Source: a virus
DNA length: 64,000 nt
Reading direction: 5' to 3' (one strand)
IMG/VR virus record: IMGVR_UViG_3300013132_000021
The notes beneath the pieces are model-generated. The model saw only the letters and a list, made by a program, of their open reading frames with translations, was not told the DNA's origin and searched no databases. Positions 7,093 through 15,701 of this stretch are shown in pieces (position 1 is the first letter of the stretch; each line of letters opens with the position of its first letter). Both the position numbers and the translations under genes were made by a program.

Positions 7093-8515
7093 CTGTGTTC
7101 ATGCTGTTTAAGATCTCACGCAGTTTGGTACCTTCGACATTGGCTCGCACTTTGGCCACAGGAGCTCCCTGAGCTGGATCGATTTCTCCTGTGACGGGAT
7201 CTGTTCTCTGAAGATCAGTCTTGCGTTTGATCTGTTGGATGATACTGGTACTGCCTCGACTGGCGTTGTTCTGTGTGTCTTGCTCATCTTCTGGTAGATC
7301 TGATATCCTTAGGCTGTCGAGATTGAACTCTAGATCAATCTTTTGGCCCACACCCGAACTGGATCTGGTCTTCATCAATTGCAGCTGATAGCGGCCACGC
7401 TCACGCATGGCTCTGGATGTAAAGATACCAAACACGTTGTCTGCGGTCTGGATCTTGCTCAATCCTCCCGAGATATGGCTGTGATCAAACTCTACTTCTT
7501 CTACGGCACCTCGATTCAACTGTGCTGCGGTCACACACAGCACCTGTTTTTCCATGGCCAAGTTGCGTATTTCTTCAGATACATATTTGTCTTTGACGAA
7601 GAGATTCTCCGCGGAGATCTTCTTACCAATGGGCATCAACAAGTCCATATAGTCTATCAACAGCACGTCGATGGGCTTGCCACATTTGATTTCGTATTCT
7701 TTGACATAGGCTCGTATGTCGTTGACTGTTTTGCCCGAAGGCATGTATTTGATCTGTAACTGTCCCGCTTTCTTACCGATCATCTTGACTTTCATTTCCA
7801 CATCATCAAGATCACGGAAGATTTCTCTGGTAGGCACTCCAGTGATCATGGAATCGATCCGCATACTTACCAGTGCTTCTGAAAGCTCCAGTGTTAGATA
7901 AACCACATTAAGTCCCTGCAGAGCCCAATTTACTCCGAGATTAGCCAAGAACAGACTTTTACCCGCACCTGACCCGCCCGCGAATATGTTAAGCTCTCCG
8001 CGATTCATACCACCAAATAGTTTACGATCCATGCAGGGCCAACCCGTAGAGATCTGCCCGTTCTTGTCTTTGAGCCCCATTAGCCTACCTCGAGGATCTT
8101 CAAAATAGTCTGTGCCCATGTCTCTAGCCAGTCCTATCTGTACCGCGGCTTTGATCAGTGTTTCCACCTCACCGTAGTTGTGTTTTTCTAATAGATCCGC
8201 TGACGCAATGATAGCACGTTCGATGGCTTTGTGACGTGTGAATGATTCAAACTCATCCATGAGCCATTCTAGATGACCATCTTTGACTATGTCTGGTCGT
8301 TTGAGATCTAGTCTACACGATGCATTCACCATGTCATATTCTGGCAGCACTGTGTACTGTTTAGCATATTCATTGATGAACTCTGCAGCATCCTGCAGTT
8401 TGCGATCAAATAGGGTATGGTCAAATATACCTTGACAGCGCACGAACACTTCTGCGTCTGACAGCATTAATTCAAGATATAATTTTTGTACTTCGTATCC
8501 GTAGTCTTTTATCAT
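7079..8515 (-). CDS. gp41: replicative DNA helicase, T4 gp41/DnaB-like
   Basis: Walker A GGSGAGKS, TLELSE, Walker B LLIDYMDL, AAQLNR, LMKTR. Confidence 0.93.
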   Translation of the reverse strand: MIKDYGYEVQKLYLELMLSDAEVFVRCQGIFDHTLFDRKLQDAAEFINEYAKQYTVLPEYDMVNASCRLDLKRPDIVKDGHLEWLMDEFESFTRHKAIERAIIASADLLEKHNYGEVETLIKAAVQIGLARDMGTDYFEDPRGRLMGLKDKNGQISTGWPCMDRKLFGGMNRGELNIFAGGSGAGKSLFLANLGVNWALQGLNVVYLTLELSEALVSMRIDSMITGVPTREIFRDLDDVEMKVKMIGKKAGQLQIKYMPSGKTVNDIRAYVKEYEIKCGKPIDVLLIDYMDLLMPIGKKISAENLFVKDKYVSEEIRNLAMEKQVLCVTAAQLNRGAVEEVEFDHSHISGGLSKIQTADNVFGIFTSRAMRERGRYQLQLMKTRSSSGVGQKIDLEFNLDSLRISDLPEDEQDTQNNASRGSTSIIQQIKRKTDLQRTDPVTGEIDPAQGAPVAKVRANVEGTKLREILNSMNTDEDI

Positions 8516-8521
8516 AGTTTA

Positions 8522-9469
8522 TTATACACTGATCTCTAGGTGTGTTACAACACCAAAATTATAATCCCATACACGCTGTTTTGTATGATACAATACTGCA
8601 CCTACACTGCTGCTGGGATCTCCAGGGTTAGATAATGTCCATCGATACTTGAACATAGGTTCAACTATTTTTTTATTAGCTAAACTATTCATGGCACACC
8701 CGCCCATATATACCAGTGTATCTGTGCCCACAGCAGATCTAGCCATAGTCATTATCAATGAGATCTGTTCTTCGAATACACGCTGCACCGCAGCAGCGAT
8801 ATCCCATCGGTCTTGGTCGCTAGAAATTGGTTCACTCCAATTTGTTACCCCTCGATGAAAGTTATAGGTCACTACTAACACACCATCGAAATAAGATCTA
8901 ATTTTATTATAGTATCTGTTGGAATCACCTAGCACACTAGCCTGTTGCAGTTTATATTCTTCTAGTATAGGTTGGTAACCAATTAATTTTGTAAATGCAG
9001 AATAAAACAATCCAAGACTATGAGGATAATCTCGTCCCCAGATTTTTTTTAATTCTCCGTGCCGGCCTTCCCAGATGCTTGCGCATTCAAATTCTCCTAT
9101 GGCATCTAGCACCACGATTGCACAATGATCAAACGGACTGGTATAATACCCTGCGGCTGCATGACTAGCATGATGCGGAGTATATCTTAGATCGGCGTAC
9201 TGCGTTTTGATTTCTTTGATATAAGTTGACGGTATGTCACTAAAATCAAAAACTCTGTCCCATTGTCCTGCAGACAATTGTCTTAGTTTTTTTAACCAAG
9301 GACGTTCATACCAAAATATTGTGCTAGGTCCTCCGTAGTTAAATGCACTATGAATGATCTTTGTATCTAATTGATCACTAACTGAATGTTCAAGCATCGA
9401 TAATCTGCCATCAGAAAAAACAGCCAGACTACTGCCATGATTAAGAGCGTTAATTCCCCAAGTAATCAT
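8522..9469 (-). CDS. carbamoyltransferase (NodU/CmcH), N-terminal Kae1-like domain only
   Basis: HHASHAAAGYYTSPF, VLDAIGE, SLGLFYSAFT, MGGCAMNS, NPGDPSSSVGA; ends at 315 aa. Confidence 0.85.
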   Translation of the reverse strand: MITWGINALNHGSSLAVFSDGRLSMLEHSVSDQLDTKIIHSAFNYGGPSTIFWYERPWLKKLRQLSAGQWDRVFDFSDIPSTYIKEIKTQYADLRYTPHHASHAAAGYYTSPFDHCAIVVLDAIGEFECASIWEGRHGELKKIWGRDYPHSLGLFYSAFTKLIGYQPILEEYKLQQASVLGDSNRYYNKIRSYFDGVLVVTYNFHRGVTNWSEPISSDQDRWDIAAAVQRVFEEQISLIMTMARSAVGTDTLVYMGGCAMNSLANKKIVEPMFKYRWTLSNPGDPSSSVGAVLYHTKQRVWDYNFGVVTHLEISV

Positions 9470-9582
9470 TTGTAGATAAACGGATCACGTTTTCTCAGCT
9501 CAGCAAGTCTTTTCTTAAATCGCCTGTTTTCTTGAAACTTGGTCCAAGGCCACAGCAGTGTTTCAACTATTTTCTTTATCAT
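9466..9582 (-). CDS. 38-aa basic peptide (not in ORF track)
   Basis: MIKKIVETLLWPWTKFQENRRFKKRLAELRKRDPFIYK*; overlaps the primase end and is ATGA-coupled to the carbamoyltransferase. Confidence 0.65.
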   Translation of the reverse strand: MIKKIVETLLWPWTKFQENRRFKKRLAELRKRDPFIYK

Positions 9583-10594
9583 ATTCTAACCTCTGTAATT
9601 TATGTTCTTGTTGTTGTTTAGCCATTTTAATTTTTATCTGGCCTCGCTGTGCAGTTTTAATAGCATCTACTATCACAAATAATTGACCGTAACGCTGTAC
9701 AGCATCTGCTACATCTTTGACGTCCGGACCCCAATTAGGCATTGCTATGCTCCAATCTAGTTCAGCTGCACGATCAAACAACATAAGTCCAGCTGTGTCT
9801 TGATCCGGTATCACAATAACTTCTGCTTCTAGACTATCAATTATCCTTGCCTGCTGTTCAGCAATTTCATTAGTTAGTAGAGCAACACCCCCAACCGCTA
9901 GAGCGTCAAACGGACCTTCGCAGACAAGTATATACTTCTGTTCTTCCAGCTGACGATCAAAGTTGAATACAAAATGCGGATGTTGATCTGATAGATACTT
10001 TGGTTTTCCGTTAACGATTTTACGAGCGGTATTGCCAACTATACGTCCCTGCCACCTAAAAGGCAAAATAACACGATTTTCATATCCCGGGCTAGGACTC
10101 CAGTAAAAATCGCCATTGTAGGGGTCGTAGCCGCGGTTTACAACATAAGAAATCACTGGTTCGAGTAAAATAGACACGTCTTTGAAATATTCGCTGTTTA
10201 CCCAGTCTAACAAGGGCATTGCACCCTCCGGCAGTTCTTTATCTGTAAATGCGACCTGAATTGCAGATGGGGCCGGCCGGTATTCATCACCTTCTGTTTT
10301 TATCGCTTCAAATATTAATTCTTTCACAGTATCTTCACTAGCACCCATCCAGCGACTCAGTGTTTTCATCTTTTCGCCAAACGGGGATCCTGGTTGCCAA
10401 CCAGTTGTGAATTTACAGTTGAAACAGTTATAGACTATACCGTTGCTGTCAAAACGAATACCGCCTCGTTTGCGTGTGTCCGATTTGTGTCCTCGATGGT
10501 GGCAGCAGGGTGCATTAAACGATGTCCAACCGGAAGGACTGTGTTTGGCACGAGGCGGTAATAGAGCACGGAACTTGTCCACAACGAGAGTCAT
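9563..10594 (-). CDS. gp61: DNA primase, T4 gp61-like
   Basis: Zn-binding PCC...YNCFNC; TOPRIM motifs CEGPFDAL and PDQD. Confidence 0.88.
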   Translation of the reverse strand: MTLVVDKFRALLPPRAKHSPSGWTSFNAPCCHHRGHKSDTRKRGGIRFDSNGIVYNCFNCKFTTGWQPGSPFGEKMKTLSRWMGASEDTVKELIFEAIKTEGDEYRPAPSAIQVAFTDKELPEGAMPLLDWVNSEYFKDVSILLEPVISYVVNRGYDPYNGDFYWSPSPGYENRVILPFRWQGRIVGNTARKIVNGKPKYLSDQHPHFVFNFDRQLEEQKYILVCEGPFDALAVGGVALLTNEIAEQQARIIDSLEAEVIVIPDQDTAGLMLFDRAAELDWSIAMPNWGPDVKDVADAVQRYGQLFVIVDAIKTAQRGQIKIKMAKQQQEHKLQRLEYDKENS

Positions 10595-10600
10595 ACATAC

Positions 10601-10629
10601 AGTATACTATCTGTAAAGTATCTTGTCAA
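10601..10629 (-). promoter_or_regulatory. sigma70 promoter for primase, leaderless
   Basis: TTGACA-17-TATACT, 6 nt before the ATG. Confidence 0.8.
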
Positions 10630-11431
10630 CGGTTCCTGTGTTTGCGGTGGTTGGAACGTGCTTAATCCTAAACCAATTGTACTTGCCCACGACATTTTTG
10701 TATTTGGCAGTGGTTAAATCTACAGTGGCTACAGTGGCCCATTTAGATTCTCTTGGGGTAGCACCTTGTGTGTCTAGACTGCCTTCGATGGTCACTGTAC
10801 CTTGGTAGGTTGTGGTGTAAAATTGGAATGTGTGTGTGGAATTAGCAGTGTTCAGCGTAGGCCTTGCATCTATGATTTGGCTGACAAAAAACTTGGGTGT
10901 GTCATCTCCCTGGGTGAATGGGTTGGTATAATTAAACGTATCTACCAGCACACTGGGTTCTACATCACCATACACATCACCACTGATCTCTAGTGTACCT
11001 ACTGTATCATACTGTGCATCTACGTACATAGGAGTCTTGGATGTGACCTTGTAGTCTGTGGAATCTACAGTAGCACGGATTTCTTTGATAATGCTGTAGT
11101 TATAGAACCCATTGTCGAGGTCCATGAGTTCGGTTTCATTTAATGTCACTGTGACCTTGCCTGTGGCAAGATCCATGGCTGTGAAATCTTTCTGCAAAAC
11201 TAAATCTTTGGTGTCTCGGCTAACGAGGTTAAATACCAAAGTACTACCAACGATGTTACTGGCCTTTTGATCTGCGTTGCGAACCTGGATGTCTATGCGA
11301 TTATCAACACCACGAAATATTTTTAGATTGCGATTATACACTTTACGATACCTCTCTGTTGACCAAGTGTCCATAGAACTGGTGAAAACATCTAACTTAT
11401 TTGAGTATAAATAAACTGGATTAAATTGCAT
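10607..11431 (-). CDS. beta-rich hypothetical protein, possibly virion-associated
   Basis: 274 aa, Thr/Val-rich beta pattern, late TAAATA box upstream. Confidence 0.6.
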   Translation of the reverse strand: MQFNPVYLYSNKLDVFTSSMDTWSTERYRKVYNRNLKIFRGVDNRIDIQVRNADQKASNIVGSTLVFNLVSRDTKDLVLQKDFTAMDLATGKVTVTLNETELMDLDNGFYNYSIIKEIRATVDSTDYKVTSKTPMYVDAQYDTVGTLEISGDVYGDVEPSVLVDTFNYTNPFTQGDDTPKFFVSQIIDARPTLNTANSTHTFQFYTTTYQGTVTIEGSLDTQGATPRESKWATVATVDLTTAKYKNVVGKYNWFRIKHVPTTANTGTVDKILYR

Positions 11432-11462
11432 ACATTAACGGACCTTTAGCATTATTTATCGA

Positions 11463-11837
11463 ATGAGAATATCAACTAACCTACAAGAAAATTTTCCGTT
11501 CATCAGCGTTATCAACCACGTAAATCACGAATATGTTGGTATAATTATCAACCAAGATGCTCAGGTTACCAGTATCTACGATTACAGCAGTATTCGTACA
11601 GATCTCGAAAAACAACAGTTTATAGAACTAGGCGAAACATGGTGGTGGGAATCAAATAGACAGATTCCTATCAATATCTTTCTAGCAAAAGAACTGGCTA
11701 TTTTCCGGTATGTGGTCAAGACCTTTTCTACCAAAGATGTCAAGGTACTATTTGGCCCCTGTACCAGTCTCAATGATATCATAGTCAAACGTGTGAAACG
11801 CAAATCGATCACACTGGTTAGAAAAATATCTACGTGA
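11463..11837 (+). CDS. hypothetical protein
   Basis: 124 aa with WWWESNRQIPINIF; full TATAAATA box at 11406-11413. Confidence 0.75.
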   Translation: MRISTNLQENFPFISVINHVNHEYVGIIINQDAQVTSIYDYSSIRTDLEKQQFIELGETWWWESNRQIPINIFLAKELAIFRYVVKTFSTKDVKVLFGPCTSLNDIIVKRVKRKSITLVRKIST

Positions 11838-12408
11838 ATCCGTAGCTGATACTTTCACATATTAAGTTCATCTGCACCACGATAGCCACAGCATAGGCCG
11901 TAGCGTGGCTTTTCTTAAAGTAGTATTCGTCAGTCTCTGGTTTGATCCAAACTTCTTTCATTATCTCCGTCCAAGACTTCCCAATCAAATGCCTCTTGGC
12001 TGGCCGTATCATGGCAAGGACCGCAGCTAATTGTTCCACGGAAGTAGGGCAACACTGTTTCAGAATTGCACCATGGCCATTCAAATGAAATAACAGATCG
12101 ACGAACTCTTGTTGTTGAAGTAGATCCCATAGAGGCTCCTGATTCATTAATTCCACTTGATGCGCTTCATCGCGAACACCTTTGTAGATACCAACATTTA
12201 AAAAATCTATCTTGAAATATCCTTGCGTTTCTGCTTGATCATAGGGCACAGCACAGACATTGGCCTCAGCATTTACTGGAACTGCGTGAAAATAAACACC
12301 GGTATTGTGTTTGACCAATTGACCGCTATCTACACGACTGGCCTTGATGTGCTTAAACAGATCAAGTGCAGAATCTCTATCAACGAAGTCTATGTCGATG
12401 TCAGGCAT
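11830..12408 (-). CDS. miniaturised DNA polymerase III alpha (DnaE/family C) catalytic core
   Basis: PDIDIDF, KHNTGVY, GYFKIDFLNV, LAMIRP and YYFKKSHATAYA in DnaE order within 192 aa. Confidence 0.8.
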   Translation of the reverse strand: MPDIDIDFVDRDSALDLFKHIKASRVDSGQLVKHNTGVYFHAVPVNAEANVCAVPYDQAETQGYFKIDFLNVGIYKGVRDEAHQVELMNQEPLWDLLQQQEFVDLLFHLNGHGAILKQCCPTSVEQLAAVLAMIRPAKRHLIGKSWTEIMKEVWIKPETDEYYFKKSHATAYAVAIVVQMNLICESISYGFT

Positions 12409-12409
12409 T

Positions 12410-12610
12410 TTAGTTCCAAATAAATTCTAGATCACCCTGTGCGATCTTACGCCATTGACTAGAACCTGGAGTTGTGTGCGGTGTATATACCTCGCCGGTC
12501 TCTTGATCAATCAGCATGTATTTTTGTGGGCACTTGGTTTTAATGGTGAGTATCACTGGAATTTCCAGCTCTTCGACAGATTCTCCGTTTTTTAAAGTTC
12601 TAGTCATCAA
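12410..12610 (-). CDS. hypothetical protein
   Basis: 66 aa, translationally coupled in the operon. Confidence 0.65.
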   Translation of the reverse strand: MMTRTLKNGESVEELEIPVILTIKTKCPQKYMLIDQETGEVYTPHTTPGSSQWRKIAQGDLEFIWN

Positions 12611-12837
12611 TGTATCCTTGTGGTTTCAAACAACAGTAATGGCAATGTTTCTGCAAGAAATTCTGCGTAAGCTTCTGCATCTTCTACATCTGCAAAGTTA
12701 GTAAACTTCACGTAAACAGCAGGCTCTTCATCACTAGTATACATCACTTCTATCTCGATGTCTTCGTCTGAAATAAAAGTTTCATTTTCTGCCAACTCTT
12801 CTACCACTTCTTCCACCTTGGGTTTTTTCGGCATCAC
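12607..12837 (-). CDS. acidic hypothetical protein
   Basis: 76 aa, Glu-rich, ATGA overlaps on both sides. Confidence 0.65.
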   Translation of the reverse strand: MMPKKPKVEEVVEELAENETFISDEDIEIEVMYTSDEEPAVYVKFTNFADVEDAEAYAEFLAETLPLLLFETTRIH

Positions 12838-13517
12838 AGTATCTTAGCTTCCTTGATGACATCTCGTACCAGTTCTAGATCTTCAGGCAATTCTTTAAAT
12901 CTACGCAGCCAAAACTGCGGATCGATCACTGGACCAACTATGGCCAGCTGTTCATCATTCATCTTCTGCAGCATGGCCTTGCCTTCTCGAGTATTTAACA
13001 GGATCCAAGGAGAGATCAATCCTTCTTTGATATCATGTGTGGCACGATTGAGATTCACATAGGCAAAATAGTGTTCCCAAGCACTGTGATTCTTTTCACT
13101 CCAGGCCATCATGTTCTGTATGGTTCTTTGTATGGCTCCGTCTGCGGGTTCTAACTTGATCAATTCACTGATGTATGAATCATATAACTCATCGCGACAC
13201 CAGTGATCTAACTTGACTCCGCTCTTGATCACAAAGTCAATGAATCGTTCAGGATAGATAGGGGCAGTATTGATCATGAAACTGCCAAACTTCACAAATG
13301 CAGTATAGTACGGACTGGCATCAAATTCGTCAAAGGTTTTAACTGATTTGGATTTTTGTGTGAGATCGTAAAATCGTTGGAAGGTGATCAGTCCCATCTG
13401 TACATGTCGTTCATCTCGACTGAGATAACGACGTTTTTGTTCACAGACATGCACAAACAGAGTCTTTTCCTTAGCAAATGCTTTACCGCAGTATTCGCAC
13501 TTAAAGTTTAAGTCCAT
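12834..13517 (-). CDS. C2HC/C2H2 Zn-finger-containing protein
   Basis: FKCEYCGKAFAKEKTLFVHVC at the N-terminus; start reassigned to MDLNF. Confidence 0.75.
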   Translation of the reverse strand: MDLNFKCEYCGKAFAKEKTLFVHVCEQKRRYLSRDERHVQMGLITFQRFYDLTQKSKSVKTFDEFDASPYYTAFVKFGSFMINTAPIYPERFIDFVIKSGVKLDHWCRDELYDSYISELIKLEPADGAIQRTIQNMMAWSEKNHSAWEHYFAYVNLNRATHDIKEGLISPWILLNTREGKAMLQKMNDEQLAIVGPVIDPQFWLRRFKELPEDLELVRDVIKEAKIL

Positions 13518-13980
13518 GGATCTGCTTTTTGTCCCAACCAAGGTTCTCACAGTACTGTTTGATTTCTTGATCTGTGGTGAGTTCTGCCAGTGTTTCAATG
13601 TCTGCTCGCTTCATGTTAGGAAACTGTTCTGCGATGAATTCTTCTTTTTTGTTCTTGCGTGTTTTCAGAGGAATCCATTCGTGGAAGTGTGTTTTTTTCG
13701 ATTCGTGGCTGCAGAGGCATAGAGTCTGCCATACCAATTGCGGATGCTGTTGTATATCAGCCCAATGCTTGTTGTAGTATTCATTGACGGTGAGTACATA
13801 GTGTTCCTGCAGTTCTGAATTGGAGGATTTAACTGAACTGATATAGCGATTGAGATTCCAAAAATCACCTTTGATTTCTTGGCGACCTTCTTCGGTGGCA
13901 GCGTCCCAAAGTTCTTTGATCCCCATGTCTACTGCAGGAATCATATCTTTGAATAGATCTACGTGTTTATTTTTTCCCAT
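13501..13980 (-). CDS. clamp-loader small subunit-like (T4 gp62-like)
   Basis: Size (159 aa) and FWNLNRYISS...LTVNEY...QLVWQTL...HEWI pattern resemble the gp62 family; replication context. Confidence 0.5.
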   Translation of the reverse strand: MGKNKHVDLFKDMIPAVDMGIKELWDAATEEGRQEIKGDFWNLNRYISSVKSSNSELQEHYVLTVNEYYNKHWADIQQHPQLVWQTLCLCSHESKKTHFHEWIPLKTRKNKKEEFIAEQFPNMKRADIETLAELTTDQEIKQYCENLGWDKKQIHGLKL

Positions 13981-14230
13981 CGCCTCTGCTCAGTTCGTAT
14001 AGTATTTTAACACGATCTAGAGCATCTTGCAAGACCTGATTTGATCGAGCTGCTCGACGAATTTCTCCCCAAAGTTTATTTTCTTTGATTAAATCAATTC
14101 GATCTTTAGCTTTGGTGCTCTGTCCAACCATCCATCTTTCAGATTCTCCGGCATATCGGGCATAAACCGTGTCGCCGTTGTCGGGACTTTCGTAGATTAT
14201 TTTGGCATCGGGTTTGAGAGTACCCATCAT
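13967..14230 (-). CDS. hypothetical protein
   Basis: 87 aa, IYESPDNGDTVYAR motif. Confidence 0.7.
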   Translation of the reverse strand: MMGTLKPDAKIIYESPDNGDTVYARYAGESERWMVGQSTKAKDRIDLIKENKLWGEIRRAARSNQVLQDALDRVKILYELSRGDGKK

Positions 14231-15054
14231 TTTACCTTTAGTAAATCTTCCATAGAATATAGTTTCTGCATGAATTTCGACGGATTGTCTAACACACTTC
14301 TTTCTAGATCACCGTCTCTGCGAGGACAGATCCTAACTTCGAAATCGCAATTATTAACGGCTTTATAAAGAGATATCATCTGTTTCACTGTGGTTCCAAT
14401 CCCATGTCCGAGGTTTTCTATTTGATTGGTACTTTCTTCTAAGGCTGAAACCAGAGCAGTGCATATTTCGTTGACATGTGTATAGTCCCTTACCGCAGAC
14501 CCATCCTCAGTATCGTAGTCGTCACCGAACAAATTAAACCCCCCAGTCTTTTCTGCGTTGATTAGATTCCACATCAGACCATCTGGATTCGTAGGCTCAT
14601 ACCCGCCCGTGCCCGTAACATTGTAAAATCTAAATGTTGTATATGGGATATTATTAACAGTGCAAAATTGTCTTACTACATCTTCGGCACCTCTTTTGCT
14701 GATACCATACGGATTATTCATAGGACCGGCAGAACCTGTACTCCCATGGACAAATCGTTTGGTAGATATGTTTCTTAAAACATTTAGTGTGCCTTGTGTG
14801 TTAGTGGTATAATATAGTATTGGATTTTTAACACTCCTACCTACAGCGACTTCGGCAGCCAGATGTATAACACAATCATACGAATCAGACATCTGCCATT
14901 CTTGATCCCTGATATCTTGATAGTAATGTTTACTTAGAGGCACTTGAGGTTTTTTCTTGTCTAACCCGTGTACATCATATTTGCCTATTTTGCCAAGCAT
15001 GGCAGAAAGATGAGATCCTATGTAACCTGAATTACCTGTGATTAAGATTTTCAT
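14227..15054 (-). CDS. galE: NAD-dependent epimerase, UDP-glucose 4-epimerase-like
   Basis: TGNSGYIG, HLAA, YGISK (YxxxK), RFYNV, DGSAVRDYTHV. Confidence 0.85.
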   Translation of the reverse strand: MKILITGNSGYIGSHLSAMLGKIGKYDVHGLDKKKPQVPLSKHYYQDIRDQEWQMSDSYDCVIHLAAEVAVGRSVKNPILYYTTNTQGTLNVLRNISTKRFVHGSTGSAGPMNNPYGISKRGAEDVVRQFCTVNNIPYTTFRFYNVTGTGGYEPTNPDGLMWNLINAEKTGGFNLFGDDYDTEDGSAVRDYTHVNEICTALVSALEESTNQIENLGHGIGTTVKQMISLYKAVNNCDFEVRICPRRDGDLERSVLDNPSKFMQKLYSMEDLLKVK

Positions 15055-15701
15055 GATTTCTCCAAAGGATACAGATGTCTTAGCTTCGTTTTATAATGAA
15101 CAATCTTTACGTTCGCCGGATTGACCCCGTTGATTATTTTACCTTGTTTATAAAAATTATTATAAACTTCACATCTGTAAACTTTAATCTTGGTACCGTT
15201 TCGGTTAACCGTGGTGTCTCTATCTTTGCTGCTGACAGCACACAGCTTGTTTAAAGGAGGCTGATCACTTACGCCTTGTTCTGATAGAGTCATCCAATCA
15301 TTTACAAATTTAATCGCAGATTTTGTCTTTCTAACGAAAACTATTCCTGCATTGATAGGTAAAGAATGTTCCACTGCTTTTGGCGCCCTAACCGTCACTG
15401 CGATATCATAATCTTCCTTGATTTCATCTATTCGTTGTTGGATGAGAGCATCGGCATCAAGCCAAACTACATAGTCCCCGTCGTTTACTTTTTTCAATGC
15501 CTCGAGAATGATTCTAGGTTTACAGGGTATCTTAGCATTTGGTTCATCACTGACCTTCCCAACGAAGGGGGTTCCAAATCCTAACCCTCCCAAATCATAT
15601 GCATCAACAGGATAACCTAACGATTCAGTCTTGCGTTTTCCCTGTTCAACATATGATTTAAAATTTTTGTCACCGGCTAATATTACAACAATATTACTCA
15701 T
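15051..15701 (-). CDS. GT-A glycosyltransferase (nucleotide-diphospho-sugar transferase)
   Basis: CKPRII, WLDADA (DxD), INAGIVF, SDQPPLN, IVHYK. Confidence 0.8.
   Translation of the reverse strand: MSNIVVILAGDKNFKSYVEQGKRKTESLGYPVDAYDLGGLGFGTPFVGKVSDEPNAKIPCKPRIILEALKKVNDGDYVVWLDADALIQQRIDEIKEDYDIAVTVRAPKAVEHSLPINAGIVFVRKTKSAIKFVNDWMTLSEQGVSDQPPLNKLCAVSSKDRDTTVNRNGTKIKVYRCEVYNNFYKQGKIINGVNPANVKIVHYKTKLRHLYPLEKS

Noticed and set aside
11830-12408. DnaE remnant as a pseudogene or half of an intein-split dnaE
   Set aside because: It has a clean start and stop, catalytic motifs are preserved across internal deletions, there are no intein motifs, and no other dnaE fragments lie nearby.
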